From: an uncultured Acidobacteriota bacterium
GTDB lineage: Bacteria > Acidobacteriota > Blastocatellia > RBC074
Direction of reading: 5' to 3'
NCBI GenBank assembly: GCA_963796275.1
Contig: CAWCKY010000001.1
Coordinates: 640,001-704,000 of the forward strand
Length of the DNA: 64,000 nucleotides
The notes below the pieces were generated by a model. It ran no database searches. It was not told where the DNA came from and was given only the letters and a program-made list of their open reading frames with translations. How positions within the stretch are numbered: the stretch's first letter is position 1; every line of letters begins with the position of its first letter. A program made the translations under genes and the position numbers. Below, piece after piece: positions 20,503 to 29,868 of the stretch.

Positions 20503-20587
20503 CGAATCAGTACCGCGAGCGGTAGCGAGCGTGTCTCAATCATCTAGATCGTGTACAACGCTCGCTACCGCTCGCGGTACTGATTCG
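20503..20587. repeat. REP-like perfect 30-bp inverted repeat CGAATCAGTACCGCGAGCGGTAGCGAGCGT
   Basis: Arms 20503-20532 and 20558-20587 are exact reverse complements, between convergent genes. Confidence 0.9.
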
Positions 20588-20678
20588 TCGATCATCAAGA
20601 AACTTAGTCTTAGTTAACCGTGTATTTATTCTGTCGCCCGGATTTTCTTCAGTTAGGATTTTTGTCGCGAAACTTCCT

Positions 20679-21710
20679 CTAAATCAGCCCATGCTTGGCC
20701 AGCAATCTGAGGAGCACAGGCTCCACTTCGGTCCGGATCGCCTGGTTGGCATATCCGATCCAGGAAACATCGGTTGTCGTATCGAGCGGCACATCGAGCA
20801 GCCCGCCCCGCCCGTCAGTGATCTCCACTCCCGCTTCCTGAGCGATCAAAACCGTGCAAACGTCGTATGGATGGCAGGCGTGGCCTCCGTGCATCCCATT
20901 GCGGCGAAACATTTGGTAAAGCAATCCGCGGACATCGACCAGCATGCGGTCGTGCCCTGTGATCAATTCGTAAAGCTGTCCGCCAGTTGAAAGATATTGG
21001 TCATCGAACAATGCGGTCTTACTCTGATCGAGCCCTCCGATCAATTCGCGCACCAGCTCTTCTTCGATGGCTGCGAATACCTCTTTGCCGCCAGGCATCG
21101 CATGGAAGATCGATGCAAAACCGCCGCTGATTGTCGTGGCGCGCGATGGCTCCGGGTGAAATTGCTTAAGCTCATGCGTGATGAGATTCGATGTCAGCCC
21201 AAATGCCCCTGTACCGCGTACAGCCCAGATCACATCGGCCACTGCCGCGCGCGTCGTGGGTATCTCGATTTGCACGGCCACATCGATGTCTGTCAGCGAG
21301 GTCTCTTCACCGCGGTTTGGTGCGATCCCGGCGAGCCACCACGCGCTCCGCTTGTTGTACATAATCGGGCGCGTGCCGTCTATCGGGTCAACGATCAAGC
21401 GCGCCTGACACTGATCGATCGGTATGTGGGAGGGAAACGCCAGCGGCTTTTCGTCATTGACGCCTTCACATATCAATGCGAAAGAGAGCGCCGGCTGAAG
21501 CTCCTCTGCCAATGCCGGCAAGAGAATCGTCTCGACCGAACGGTCGATGACATAGATTTTGTCGGCAGCCGATTCGAAAGCAACGGCCGAGAGCGATTCG
21601 GCTGATTCCTGTCGCAATTGGTTCAAGACGTGCTCGCGGACGCGCTCGCCGATACGGATGAGCCGTTCCGTGATCTCGATGGTATTGTACGGAGTCTGCA
21701 ATGAGTTCAT
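20679..21710 (-). CDS. Inositol monophosphatase / FIG-superfamily phosphatase
   Basis: CEG, VDPIDGT, HPYD..LIAQEAG. Confidence 0.8.
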   Translation of the reverse strand: MNSLQTPYNTIEITERLIRIGERVREHVLNQLRQESAESLSAVAFESAADKIYVIDRSVETILLPALAEELQPALSFALICEGVNDEKPLAFPSHIPIDQCQARLIVDPIDGTRPIMYNKRSAWWLAGIAPNRGEETSLTDIDVAVQIEIPTTRAAVADVIWAVRGTGAFGLTSNLITHELKQFHPEPSRATTISGGFASIFHAMPGGKEVFAAIEEELVRELIGGLDQSKTALFDDQYLSTGGQLYELITGHDRMLVDVRGLLYQMFRRNGMHGGHACHPYDVCTVLIAQEAGVEITDGRGGLLDVPLDTTTDVSWIGYANQAIRTEVEPVLLRLLAKHGLI

Positions 21711-21858
21711 TTCTATTGTTGCATTGTATTCGCCCGGCCTTTCGCCGCCTCAGTCGCGCTTGAATTCAGCCGCAGCTATTATTCGGTTTTTAATCCGGTT
21801 AAAAACCACTCGGCGAATTTCAGCGCCACAACCGCGGTTAGTAGCACGGGCAGTTACG

Positions 21859-24138
21859 TCACATCTTCTTAACCGCGCCATCGATTTTCAAACGGAATTT
21901 TTCGAGCGAATCGGGAGGGCTTGCGCTGAGTCGCATGAGCAGATTCTCCTCGCGCTCCAGCGTGATCTCGCTCCTCTTCTTCTCTCTCTTACCGTCGGAA
22001 AAGAGCGAAGATACGGGTGAGTCATCGTTGAAGCGCAATCGCTTCGATTTGCTATCGAAGAGCTCGACCCTGAGTGTCGATCCGTTTCCCTGAACTTCGA
22101 GGTTCAGACTCAAGTTTCCCGGACCGGCAGCGAATGTGAAATAGCTCTCTCTTCCGATACTGCGATCGGATATTTCCTTCGACGTGAGCGCTTCCGGACT
22201 GTCTCTCGGAGCGAAGAGCGCTTTGATCTCCTCAGATGCTTCGGTGGCTGATTTCGCCTCATCACGATTTATCGATGCCACGGGCCCATCGATCCGCACA
22301 CGAAAAGCCTGAATCTTCTGAGGGGCAGCGTTGTAAATACGCAACAGGAATTTTCCCTGGCGATCGACGGAAAGGCGAGCGGTGTCTTCTTCATTGGTCT
22401 GCTGGCTCGCCGAGACCGCGAATCTCTTCGAGCCGCCCTCGAAGGGCAGACGTTCAGCTTCATCGTTGAAGATTTCCGCGGATATCGTTGCGCCATCTCC
22501 GATGACATTCAAGGTTAACTTGATCTCTCCCGGTCCCGCGGTAAAATCATAGTAAGTCTCTCTCTTGCCGCTTTGGCCGGCGAAGACAGCGTTTGGACCC
22601 AGCGGCAATGGACGGTCGCGATTCGCGAATAACGCGCCCAGAGCCGATTTTTCAGGGCTCGTGGCTGCCTCATCCGTCAGTTTTGCGCGGCCGTCGATAC
22701 GCAGACGAAAGGCTCTCAGATTTTTGCCACTCCGCACGCGCAGCCGCAAGGGTTGTTCGCGCTCGACGACCAGCCTCGCTATCTCCTCTTCGTGTTCGCC
22801 GCCTGATGTTAGGGAAAGGTTTGGTTTATCCCCGACAAACTTCATCAGCGTCTTTTGTTCATCGAGCGCTTCGACAGTGACGCTCGATCCATTGCCCAAT
22901 ACATCTAGCGCCAGTTTCAGTACCCCTGCCTCGGCGATGAAATTGTAATCGTGTTCCGCTTCCGTTCCGTCCTCAATGATCACGGTCACGCGGGAAGAGA
23001 GCAAAGGACCCTTGGTGGCTTCGGGTGTCGGATCGGGATTGATCTTAGTCGATACCACTCGAGTTGTTTCGTTCGTCCGGTTCCATGAAAAATAAGTGAT
23101 CGATGAAATCGCAGCAATGACGGCCGCGACTGCGCAGGCGATCCAGACCCACCTTCCCCTCTTTCGGGGGTCGCTGAACTTTAGATCGAAATTTTGCGCT
23201 GGAGCTGCGGTCGCATCCCAATCCGTTTGTATTACGGAGGCGACAGTCACCGGCAAAGTTTTATTGACAGCCGGTTGCACGCGGGTCTGGGCCGACGATG
23301 CTTGAAAAGCTGCGACGCGCGCTGATTGTCGCAATTCGGCTCGCAGCGCTGCGGCGCTCGCAGGACGATTGTTGCGGTCCAGCGTCAGAGCCCGCTCCAG
23401 CGCGGCAGAGACGGCAGGGGATACCTGAGCATTAACTTCGTGCGCGGGGCGCAGCGGATCATTGCGTCTTTCTATGAGCGCAGTCGCGCGCGTCACCGCA
23501 TTCGGCGGGATGACGCCGGTCATGAGGTGATAGAAGCTCGCTGCCAGGCTGTAGATATCGCTGCGGGGATCGGTCCCGGTGCCCTGTATCTGTTCGAGCG
23601 GAGCATAGTTTAAAGTGTATCCGCGCACGCTGCGGTGTGGGCGCATTGTGTCAATGGAGGCTTCTTTGGCCAGGCCGAAATCGAGCAGGATCACCTCGCC
23701 GCGTTCGTTCAGTTTGAGGTTCTGCGGTTTGATGTCGCGATGAATGACCGGAGGTCGTTGCGAGTGGAGGTATTCGAGCGCTACGAGCGCCTGGTCGGCC
23801 CACGCCAGCGCATCGGCCTGCGGAATGGGTCCTCCATTTAACCGCAGTATCATCGACAGGTCTTCGCCGCGGATATATTCCATGACGAGGAATTGGCCTT
23901 CCCCTTCGGTGAAATGATCGATCACTTTCGGAAGAGCCTGGTGGCGCAGGGTCGCCAGTATGCTCGCTTCGCGGTGAAAGGCCATCCGCATCGCTTCATC
24001 GACGAATAACGTCTCTTTTAAAGCTACGATATTACCTAACCGTTCATCGCGCGCCTCGTAGACCGCGCCCATACCTCCTCGGGCGAGCAATTTCAGAATC
24101 AGATAACGGTTTTGTAACAGGGTGTCGGGACTGAGCAT
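21859..24138 (-). CDS. Membrane Ser/Thr protein kinase with three extracellular repeats
   Basis: GGMGAVY, ALKE, HRDIKPQN, DFGLAK; TM segment WVWIACAVAAVIAAI; three ~120-aa repeats each ending FR(L/V)xIDG. Confidence 0.92.
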   Translation of the reverse strand: MLSPDTLLQNRYLILKLLARGGMGAVYEARDERLGNIVALKETLFVDEAMRMAFHREASILATLRHQALPKVIDHFTEGEGQFLVMEYIRGEDLSMILRLNGGPIPQADALAWADQALVALEYLHSQRPPVIHRDIKPQNLKLNERGEVILLDFGLAKEASIDTMRPHRSVRGYTLNYAPLEQIQGTGTDPRSDIYSLAASFYHLMTGVIPPNAVTRATALIERRNDPLRPAHEVNAQVSPAVSAALERALTLDRNNRPASAAALRAELRQSARVAAFQASSAQTRVQPAVNKTLPVTVASVIQTDWDATAAPAQNFDLKFSDPRKRGRWVWIACAVAAVIAAISSITYFSWNRTNETTRVVSTKINPDPTPEATKGPLLSSRVTVIIEDGTEAEHDYNFIAEAGVLKLALDVLGNGSSVTVEALDEQKTLMKFVGDKPNLSLTSGGEHEEEIARLVVEREQPLRLRVRSGKNLRAFRLRIDGRAKLTDEAATSPEKSALGALFANRDRPLPLGPNAVFAGQSGKRETYYDFTAGPGEIKLTLNVIGDGATISAEIFNDEAERLPFEGGSKRFAVSASQQTNEEDTARLSVDRQGKFLLRIYNAAPQKIQAFRVRIDGPVASINRDEAKSATEASEEIKALFAPRDSPEALTSKEISDRSIGRESYFTFAAGPGNLSLNLEVQGNGSTLRVELFDSKSKRLRFNDDSPVSSLFSDGKREKKRSEITLEREENLLMRLSASPPDSLEKFRLKIDGAVKKM

Positions 24139-24276
24139 ATAGATAAATCTTTTATCGTTTCAGGGGGGCGCCTGCTACCGTAGTCTATCACTGCCCGGAA
24201 AAATACGAGAGTAATTTCCCGTCTTAAATTCCCCATTCCCGCCTATTTCGATTTAGAATGGCGATGGTAAAGCATC

Positions 24277-25458
24277 ATGAAAAATACGTGGTATTTCGCT
24301 AGTTCTATCGTCTACTTATTTCTGATCCCTTTCATCTCTTCAGCCTCGGCGCAACAGGTTCCGGCGAAGGATTACCTCGTCTACGTCGTATCTGAATCGG
24401 CCGATAAAATCTCGCTTATTCGATACGGCCCCAAGGGGGCTCGGATCGAACGCGAGCTCGCGACTGGGTTGATGGAGCCTGATATTGATGGGCCGCACGG
24501 TATCGCTCTCTCTCCTGACAGGGAGCATTACTTCGTCTCTCTCGGTCACGGGAGACCATATGGCTCGGTGTGGAAGTATGATGTCAAAACCGACCAGGCG
24601 GTAGGAAAAGTCGGCCTCGGCTTTTTCCCGGCGACCATGGAAGTTTCTCCCGACGGGAATTTCTTGTATGTCGTCAACTTCAATCTCCATGGCGATATGG
24701 TGCCATCGTCCGTGTCGGTGGTGCTGGCGAATGAGATGCTCGAGATCAAGCGCATCCCTACCTGCACCATGCCTCACGGATCGCGCTTCAATCCGCAAGG
24801 CACCAGGCACTATTCCGCTTGTATGATGGACGATATGCTCGTCGAGATCGACACCGAGACGTTGAAAGTGTCCCGCCATTATTTATTGACGCAGGGAAAG
24901 GAAGCCGGCGGTGAGGGAGAGCCGCCCCAGCGAACGAAAGATCATTCGGGAACCGGCCGGCGTGAGAGCGCGGGGCATGCAGGACATGGTCTCGAGCCGC
25001 CGAAACCAGGTGACATCGCCTGTTCCCCGACCTGGGCGCAGCCTTCAAGCGATGGATCGATGGTTTATGTTGCCTGTAACAAATCGAGTGAGATCGTAGA
25101 GGTGGATGCCAAGACGTGGAGGATCACGCGCAGGATTGCGGCCGGCCCGGGCGTTTACAATCTGGCTGTAACTAAAGACGGGCGAATGATCGCCACCAAC
25201 AAGCGCGGGCCATCAGTCTCGGTCTTCGATCTTAGATCCGGTAAGGAGCTCGCTCGCATTCCGACAAGACGCAAGGTCGTCCACGGCGCGGCCGTCTCCC
25301 CGGATAACCGCTATGCCTTCATTTCAGTCGAGGGCATCGGCAGCGAACCCGGAACGGTTGAAGTGATAGAGCTGGAGACTCTTCGTACGGTTGCGACTGT
25401 CGATGTTGCGCAACAGGCAGCCGGAATCGATTTCTTTCGGATTGAATCGGTGAAGTGA
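24277..25458 (+). CDS. Secreted YncE/YVTN-type beta-propeller
   Basis: Signal peptide; repeated PHG-x3-PD, SPDG..LYV and VSVFD blades. Confidence 0.8.
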   Translation: MKNTWYFASSIVYLFLIPFISSASAQQVPAKDYLVYVVSESADKISLIRYGPKGARIERELATGLMEPDIDGPHGIALSPDREHYFVSLGHGRPYGSVWKYDVKTDQAVGKVGLGFFPATMEVSPDGNFLYVVNFNLHGDMVPSSVSVVLANEMLEIKRIPTCTMPHGSRFNPQGTRHYSACMMDDMLVEIDTETLKVSRHYLLTQGKEAGGEGEPPQRTKDHSGTGRRESAGHAGHGLEPPKPGDIACSPTWAQPSSDGSMVYVACNKSSEIVEVDAKTWRITRRIAAGPGVYNLAVTKDGRMIATNKRGPSVSVFDLRSGKELARIPTRRKVVHGAAVSPDNRYAFISVEGIGSEPGTVEVIELETLRTVATVDVAQQAAGIDFFRIESVK

Positions 25459-25528
25459 TCGGAATGAGTCAAAAGAGACGAACGCTAGGAAGAGAATCGC
25501 ACATGCGCGTCGTCTCTTTGTTTTAGCT

Positions 25529-27541
25529 TCAATCGCCAGGTGCGGTGCTCGAGCCTTTCTGCTTCGGGTCTCCGAGCTTCATAATCCAGATGCCGGAGTT
25601 TATATCGTTGAAAAATATGTATTCTCCGTGCTGCCGCGCGCCCCACGCGAATGGCAGGTTCGGCCGGAAGCCCTGCTCATCGCCCGTCCATAAACGAGAT
25701 ATTTCACGGCCTTGCCGATACAAATCTCCGCGCAGTTCCCCCGAGACGTCCAACACACGGCCTCCGCCGCCGTAAAAACCCATCACCAGAATATCATCCT
25801 GCACCCACACATTATGGGCGCCTCCTTCGGGAACCCCATATTCGGCTACCTTGCGCGGGTTGGCGATGTCCGAGACGTCGACGACGTGTAGCACGCCGCG
25901 CGCAGGAATTCTTTTTTTACTGTATATTTCGAATTGCGCCGGGAAGACTTCGTCGCCTACGAAGACATAGTTCTTGTAGCGATAGACTTCGTGAGTTCCC
26001 GCGATCCATCCGTCGCCGTAAAGCTCATTATGATTGAAACGTAGCTGGCTTACGAGTTGCGGCTTCTCAGGGCTCCCGCCTTTGATGCCATTGCCGACGT
26101 CCAGTATAACCAGGCCATCGCGCCAGTACGCGAGATATGCCAGGCCATCTTTCACTTGCACGTCGTGCAGATATCGGCCTTCAGTGAATTGCCCGCCGGT
26201 GGCGCCGACGGCGACCTTCGGTCCGCGAGGCTCGGTCTGCCAGCGTGCGACTTCCCGCGGATTCTTCACGTCATTGAAATCGATCACACGCAAAGAGCCG
26301 GTCGCGTCATCGGTCAGGTAAACGTAGTGTTTATCTATATAGGCGCTGTGGACTCCGCCAGTCACCGATTCCGTGAATTCGGAGACGATTTTCGGATGCG
26401 CCGGATCTGATGTGTCGAGGAATACGATCCCGTTCTTCCTGCTCGATGCGCCTTCACGGGTAAGGACGCCGATCTTACCGTCAGCGGTCACGCTGACATC
26501 ATTTATTATGCGCGCGTCGACCTTGATCGTGTCGGTGAGCTTCGGATTTTTCGGGTTAGAGATGTCATAGACCTGAATCTGGTCCCAGATGGTCGAGATA
26601 TAAATGTGATTGCCGAACAGCCACTGCTCGGATACCTGCAGGTCTTTGAGTCTGATTCTTCCGATCAGATCGAGAGATCGCTCGGAATCCCGCGGTGCGA
26701 CTACGACTGTGGCGATGGTCGAAAGATCGCCGGCGGAAGCGGTGACGACATATGTGCCGGGCCGTTCTGCTACGAACCCGCCGTCCCTCTCGATTGTTGC
26801 GCTATCGCCGTTCACTGACCATCGTACCGCGGCATTTTTTATCGCTTTTCCGTTTACATCTTTTGTCTGTGCGGCGAAGCGAATTACATCACCGGTCCGC
26901 GCTTGAGTCGTACGAGGGTCGATTGTCAGGCTGCGAATATTGTTTTTGATGACCTCGACCGTTATTTCGGCGCTTGCATCCTCGGACTTTGCCGTCAATC
27001 TAACTTTGCCGGGGGCCACGCCCGTTACAAGTCCGGCCGCATCTATGACAGCGGCCCCCTGATTTTCGGACGACCAGGAGAACTTCACATCCTCACGCGG
27101 ATCCCCGTTCGCACCAACCGCCCGGGCATCGAGCTTGACGGTGCCTCCCGGGACCAAGGGAGCGCTGAGTCTGGAGATGTCGATGCGAACCACGCGCGAA
27201 GGTTTGATCCTGATCCTGGCCAGACCCGGTTTCCCGCCAATCAACGCAATGACGCGGACTTCGCCGGGCCCGAAGAGCGATACTTTACCGTTCGAATCTG
27301 CTGCGGCAAGGTCATGCGGCAGGGCAATCCACAGGTTCGCTTTCGCGCTGACCGGCTTACCATCAGCATCCAAGGCTTCAAAATTGAATTGCACTTGCTG
27401 CCCGACCTCCGCTTCCGCGATCTCCGGCGTTACCTTGACTGTTTTCACGGGAGCAGTCGTTTGCGCCAGAACACTCGATCCCAGCGTTATTATGGCAAGA
27501 GATGCAATGGTGTGAATCAAATGTTGAATTATGTCCGACAT
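25529..27541 (-). CDS. Secreted protein: three Ig-like (Big_2) domains plus LVIVD-repeat propeller
   Basis: WSSEN..AAVIDAAGLVTG Ig motifs; repeated YDISNPKNP, LDTSDPAHP and VDVSDIANP. Confidence 0.82.
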   Translation of the reverse strand: MSDIIQHLIHTIASLAIITLGSSVLAQTTAPVKTVKVTPEIAEAEVGQQVQFNFEALDADGKPVSAKANLWIALPHDLAAADSNGKVSLFGPGEVRVIALIGGKPGLARIRIKPSRVVRIDISRLSAPLVPGGTVKLDARAVGANGDPREDVKFSWSSENQGAAVIDAAGLVTGVAPGKVRLTAKSEDASAEITVEVIKNNIRSLTIDPRTTQARTGDVIRFAAQTKDVNGKAIKNAAVRWSVNGDSATIERDGGFVAERPGTYVVTASAGDLSTIATVVVAPRDSERSLDLIGRIRLKDLQVSEQWLFGNHIYISTIWDQIQVYDISNPKNPKLTDTIKVDARIINDVSVTADGKIGVLTREGASSRKNGIVFLDTSDPAHPKIVSEFTESVTGGVHSAYIDKHYVYLTDDATGSLRVIDFNDVKNPREVARWQTEPRGPKVAVGATGGQFTEGRYLHDVQVKDGLAYLAYWRDGLVILDVGNGIKGGSPEKPQLVSQLRFNHNELYGDGWIAGTHEVYRYKNYVFVGDEVFPAQFEIYSKKRIPARGVLHVVDVSDIANPRKVAEYGVPEGGAHNVWVQDDILVMGFYGGGGRVLDVSGELRGDLYRQGREISRLWTGDEQGFRPNLPFAWGARQHGEYIFFNDINSGIWIMKLGDPKQKGSSTAPGD

Positions 27542-27605
27542 CTTATAGAGGTCTCCTCTAGGCTAACGACATTGGGTAGGTTGAAACGCGCGAGACTTTA
27601 GCATT

Positions 27606-27690
27606 AGAGAGCTAAGGAGACAAGAGGAGAGCAGGAGCGGGTGAGAGGGAGAATACCTTGATGTGGGTCTCCCTGTCTCCCAGGCTTCCG
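27606..27690. repeat. Degenerate octamer-type purine/pyrimidine inverted array (GGAGACAG-like)
   Basis: ggagacaagaggagagcaggag...gggaga followed by tctccctgtctccc. Confidence 0.5.
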
Positions 27691-27697
27691 CCGATTT

Positions 27698-28486
27698 TTA
27701 GCGCGCTGCCGCCAGGTTCGAGTCGAACTGCCGTGTCAACCCAATGCCGCGGCTCTCTTCGTCATAAAGAGCTGTGTTGACGCTGTCCCAAGGTTTGATC
27801 TCTCTCGCTGAGCCTCCGGAATTGAAGCTGATGTTTGGGACTTTTTGAATGTAAGTTTTGCTAACCCGTTCCTCCCGGACACGCCACTCGCCGGAGATGG
27901 CACGTCGCAAAGTCTCTCCGTAATAAGCCGTCAGTTCCTGAAAAAGACTGGGATTGGTCTGTGCCGTCGTGTGCGACCTGTGAAAGCCGCTGATGTAACT
28001 ATCGAGACGCCTCAGGCTGGCGCGCGAGTAGTCCAGCGAACCTGCGCGGAGACGGAGTCGTTTCTCCAGCCTGGCCACGAGTTCCGGAACGTTCTCGATG
28101 AGCGCCTGCCCGTCAGGTATCAGGTCTTCCAGCATATGTCGCGCCCGTTTTTCGTCATCGAAAGCCGCTTCGGATACATAGAGAACGCCATAACCGGCGA
28201 CAGATGTAGGCTTCGCTTTTCCTACCCGTTTGACCAAAAGAGGATAATAGACTTCCAGCACGCGCCCGTCGCTCAAACGAGTGCTCGAGAACCTGTTTGG
28301 CTGTTTGTTGAGGTTCCCTTCATTCTCGCTGGCGAGTAGCCGCTGCGCTTCGGTGAAGCTGATACGTTGAGATTTGGTGGATTTACCTTTTCGTGATGGC
28401 TGTTGCCCTTTTATAGTGGAGCAGATTGCTAAAACCGTAATTAAGATCGGGAGAGTGGTTTTTAAAACAATACTATAATTCCGCAA
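27698..28486 (-). CDS. Secreted hypothetical protein with DUF3806-like C-terminal domain
   Basis: Signal peptide; LDYSRASLRRLD...AYYGETLRR..GEW pattern. Confidence 0.6.
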   Translation of the reverse strand: MRNYSIVLKTTLPILITVLAICSTIKGQQPSRKGKSTKSQRISFTEAQRLLASENEGNLNKQPNRFSSTRLSDGRVLEVYYPLLVKRVGKAKPTSVAGYGVLYVSEAAFDDEKRARHMLEDLIPDGQALIENVPELVARLEKRLRLRAGSLDYSRASLRRLDSYISGFHRSHTTAQTNPSLFQELTAYYGETLRRAISGEWRVREERVSKTYIQKVPNISFNSGGSAREIKPWDSVNTALYDEESRGIGLTRQFDSNLAAAR

Positions 28487-28722
28487 GCATTACCCCTTTG
28501 TTAATTGTTATTTGTCGTTACCCGGTAACCGTTCGATGAACAGCTACTTATTCGTTCTCTTCACACCGTCACCAATTTCACCTATCAGATTAGTCTATCA
28601 GACGATCGTGCTAGAGCCATTGCAGTTCATTTCCCGGTTCTTCACCTTTTTGATCACCCCCCTATTTTACCCGATGAGAGTTTCCCGTCTACACGCTCAC
28701 CCAGTGTAAGCTCGTTTTTTGA

Positions 28723-28992
28723 TTATGCGTCTGACTGCTTGGCGTCCCATCTCGAAATCACTTTGTAAAAATCAGTCCTGAATACATCTGTGATGGCGGA
28801 GTGGATATCCGCACGATCATTCAAAAGCCCGCTCTTTTCGCGGCATCCATTCCTTTGATTCGCAGATCGAAGATTGTTCGCACTATCAATACCACGGGGC
28901 TTGTAGATGTAAAGTTTTGCGTCTTCACCTATGCGATACACATAGAAGCAGTGTCCGTTGCTGATCTTGCCTTCCCACAGTTTTCGCTTCAT
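28723..28992 (-). CDS. Small hypothetical protein (89 aa)
   Basis: ATG ORF in an otherwise empty region; no motif. Confidence 0.35.
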   Translation of the reverse strand: MKRKLWEGKISNGHCFYVYRIGEDAKLYIYKPRGIDSANNLRSANQRNGCREKSGLLNDRADIHSAITDVFRTDFYKVISRWDAKQSDA

Positions 28993-29284
28993 CCCCGCGT
29001 GAATCCGCCCGAAAGTTCGACCCCTGTCTGCCGTTTAGGCTTTACTGGTTTGAAGTTTTAGACGGCTATAAGAACTTTATTTTAGATCGTGATTTTCGTT
29101 AAGTTGGGTTGACTGGCTGAATTTTCAGGTAACTATCAGAATCAAGAGAACCAAACAGGCTCCCAATGATTATCGATAATTCTCTATAAATCCCGCCAAA
29201 TGCCGCCTAAGTACCCAAGGCTATTGACTAAAGCAGGCACTTGAAGTAAAGCTTCCCCGTCTCACAATCGAAGGAAAGGGAATT

Positions 29285-29470
29285 ATGAACCGCATTATCG
29301 AAAAGATTCTCTCTACGCTTTGGAAACCTTCTAAAAATACGCTAAAGGTAAACATGCCTGCTCCGCCTGAGCAGCAGGCCGTAGTCAAAGAAGAGACGCC
29401 AACCAAGGTCGATCTCCGAGCGACACGGCAAATAGACCCTCGCTATACGAGACCAATCGGCAAGCTTTGA
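29285..29470 (+). CDS. Small hypothetical protein (61 aa)
   Basis: Purine-rich RBS (AGGAAAGGG) before the ATG. Confidence 0.5.
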   Translation: MNRIIEKILSTLWKPSKNTLKVNMPAPPEQQAVVKEETPTKVDLRATRQIDPRYTRPIGKL

Positions 29471-29868
29471 TTAGTCAGGCCCCTATGGGTTTGAGCGGAT
29501 TTAATAATCTCTGTGCCCCGCGTGTCCCGCTCACAGCCTCGCGTATAAAAAATATGCGCGTAAAGTAGCTCGCCTCTGAGCCGCTCCCCCCACTTTTTAA
29601 ACCGGGTGTACGGACGATTCAATCAATCCGATGAACGTGCCGTAAGGATGCCGCGGACTGGTGTCCGAATCCAGAACGACCTTCTCATTAAAATCATATC
29701 GAATCTTCTATGACCGAGAGTGTCGCAATGCGCCACTCGATCTGCCGTATAAACGGAAAAGGGGAGCAAATATCGCGGGTTTCTGATAGGTTATGTAGTC
29801 GCTAAATAGGAAAAGCTTGTATTTGCAAAATCACGCAGATAGTTTGCAATATGCTGAGCGCAATAACT

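Noticed and set aside
29560-29850. ZTP or THF riboswitch upstream of ftcd
   Set aside because: I could not find the conserved consensus segments by eye on the + strand; an Rfam scan would settle it.
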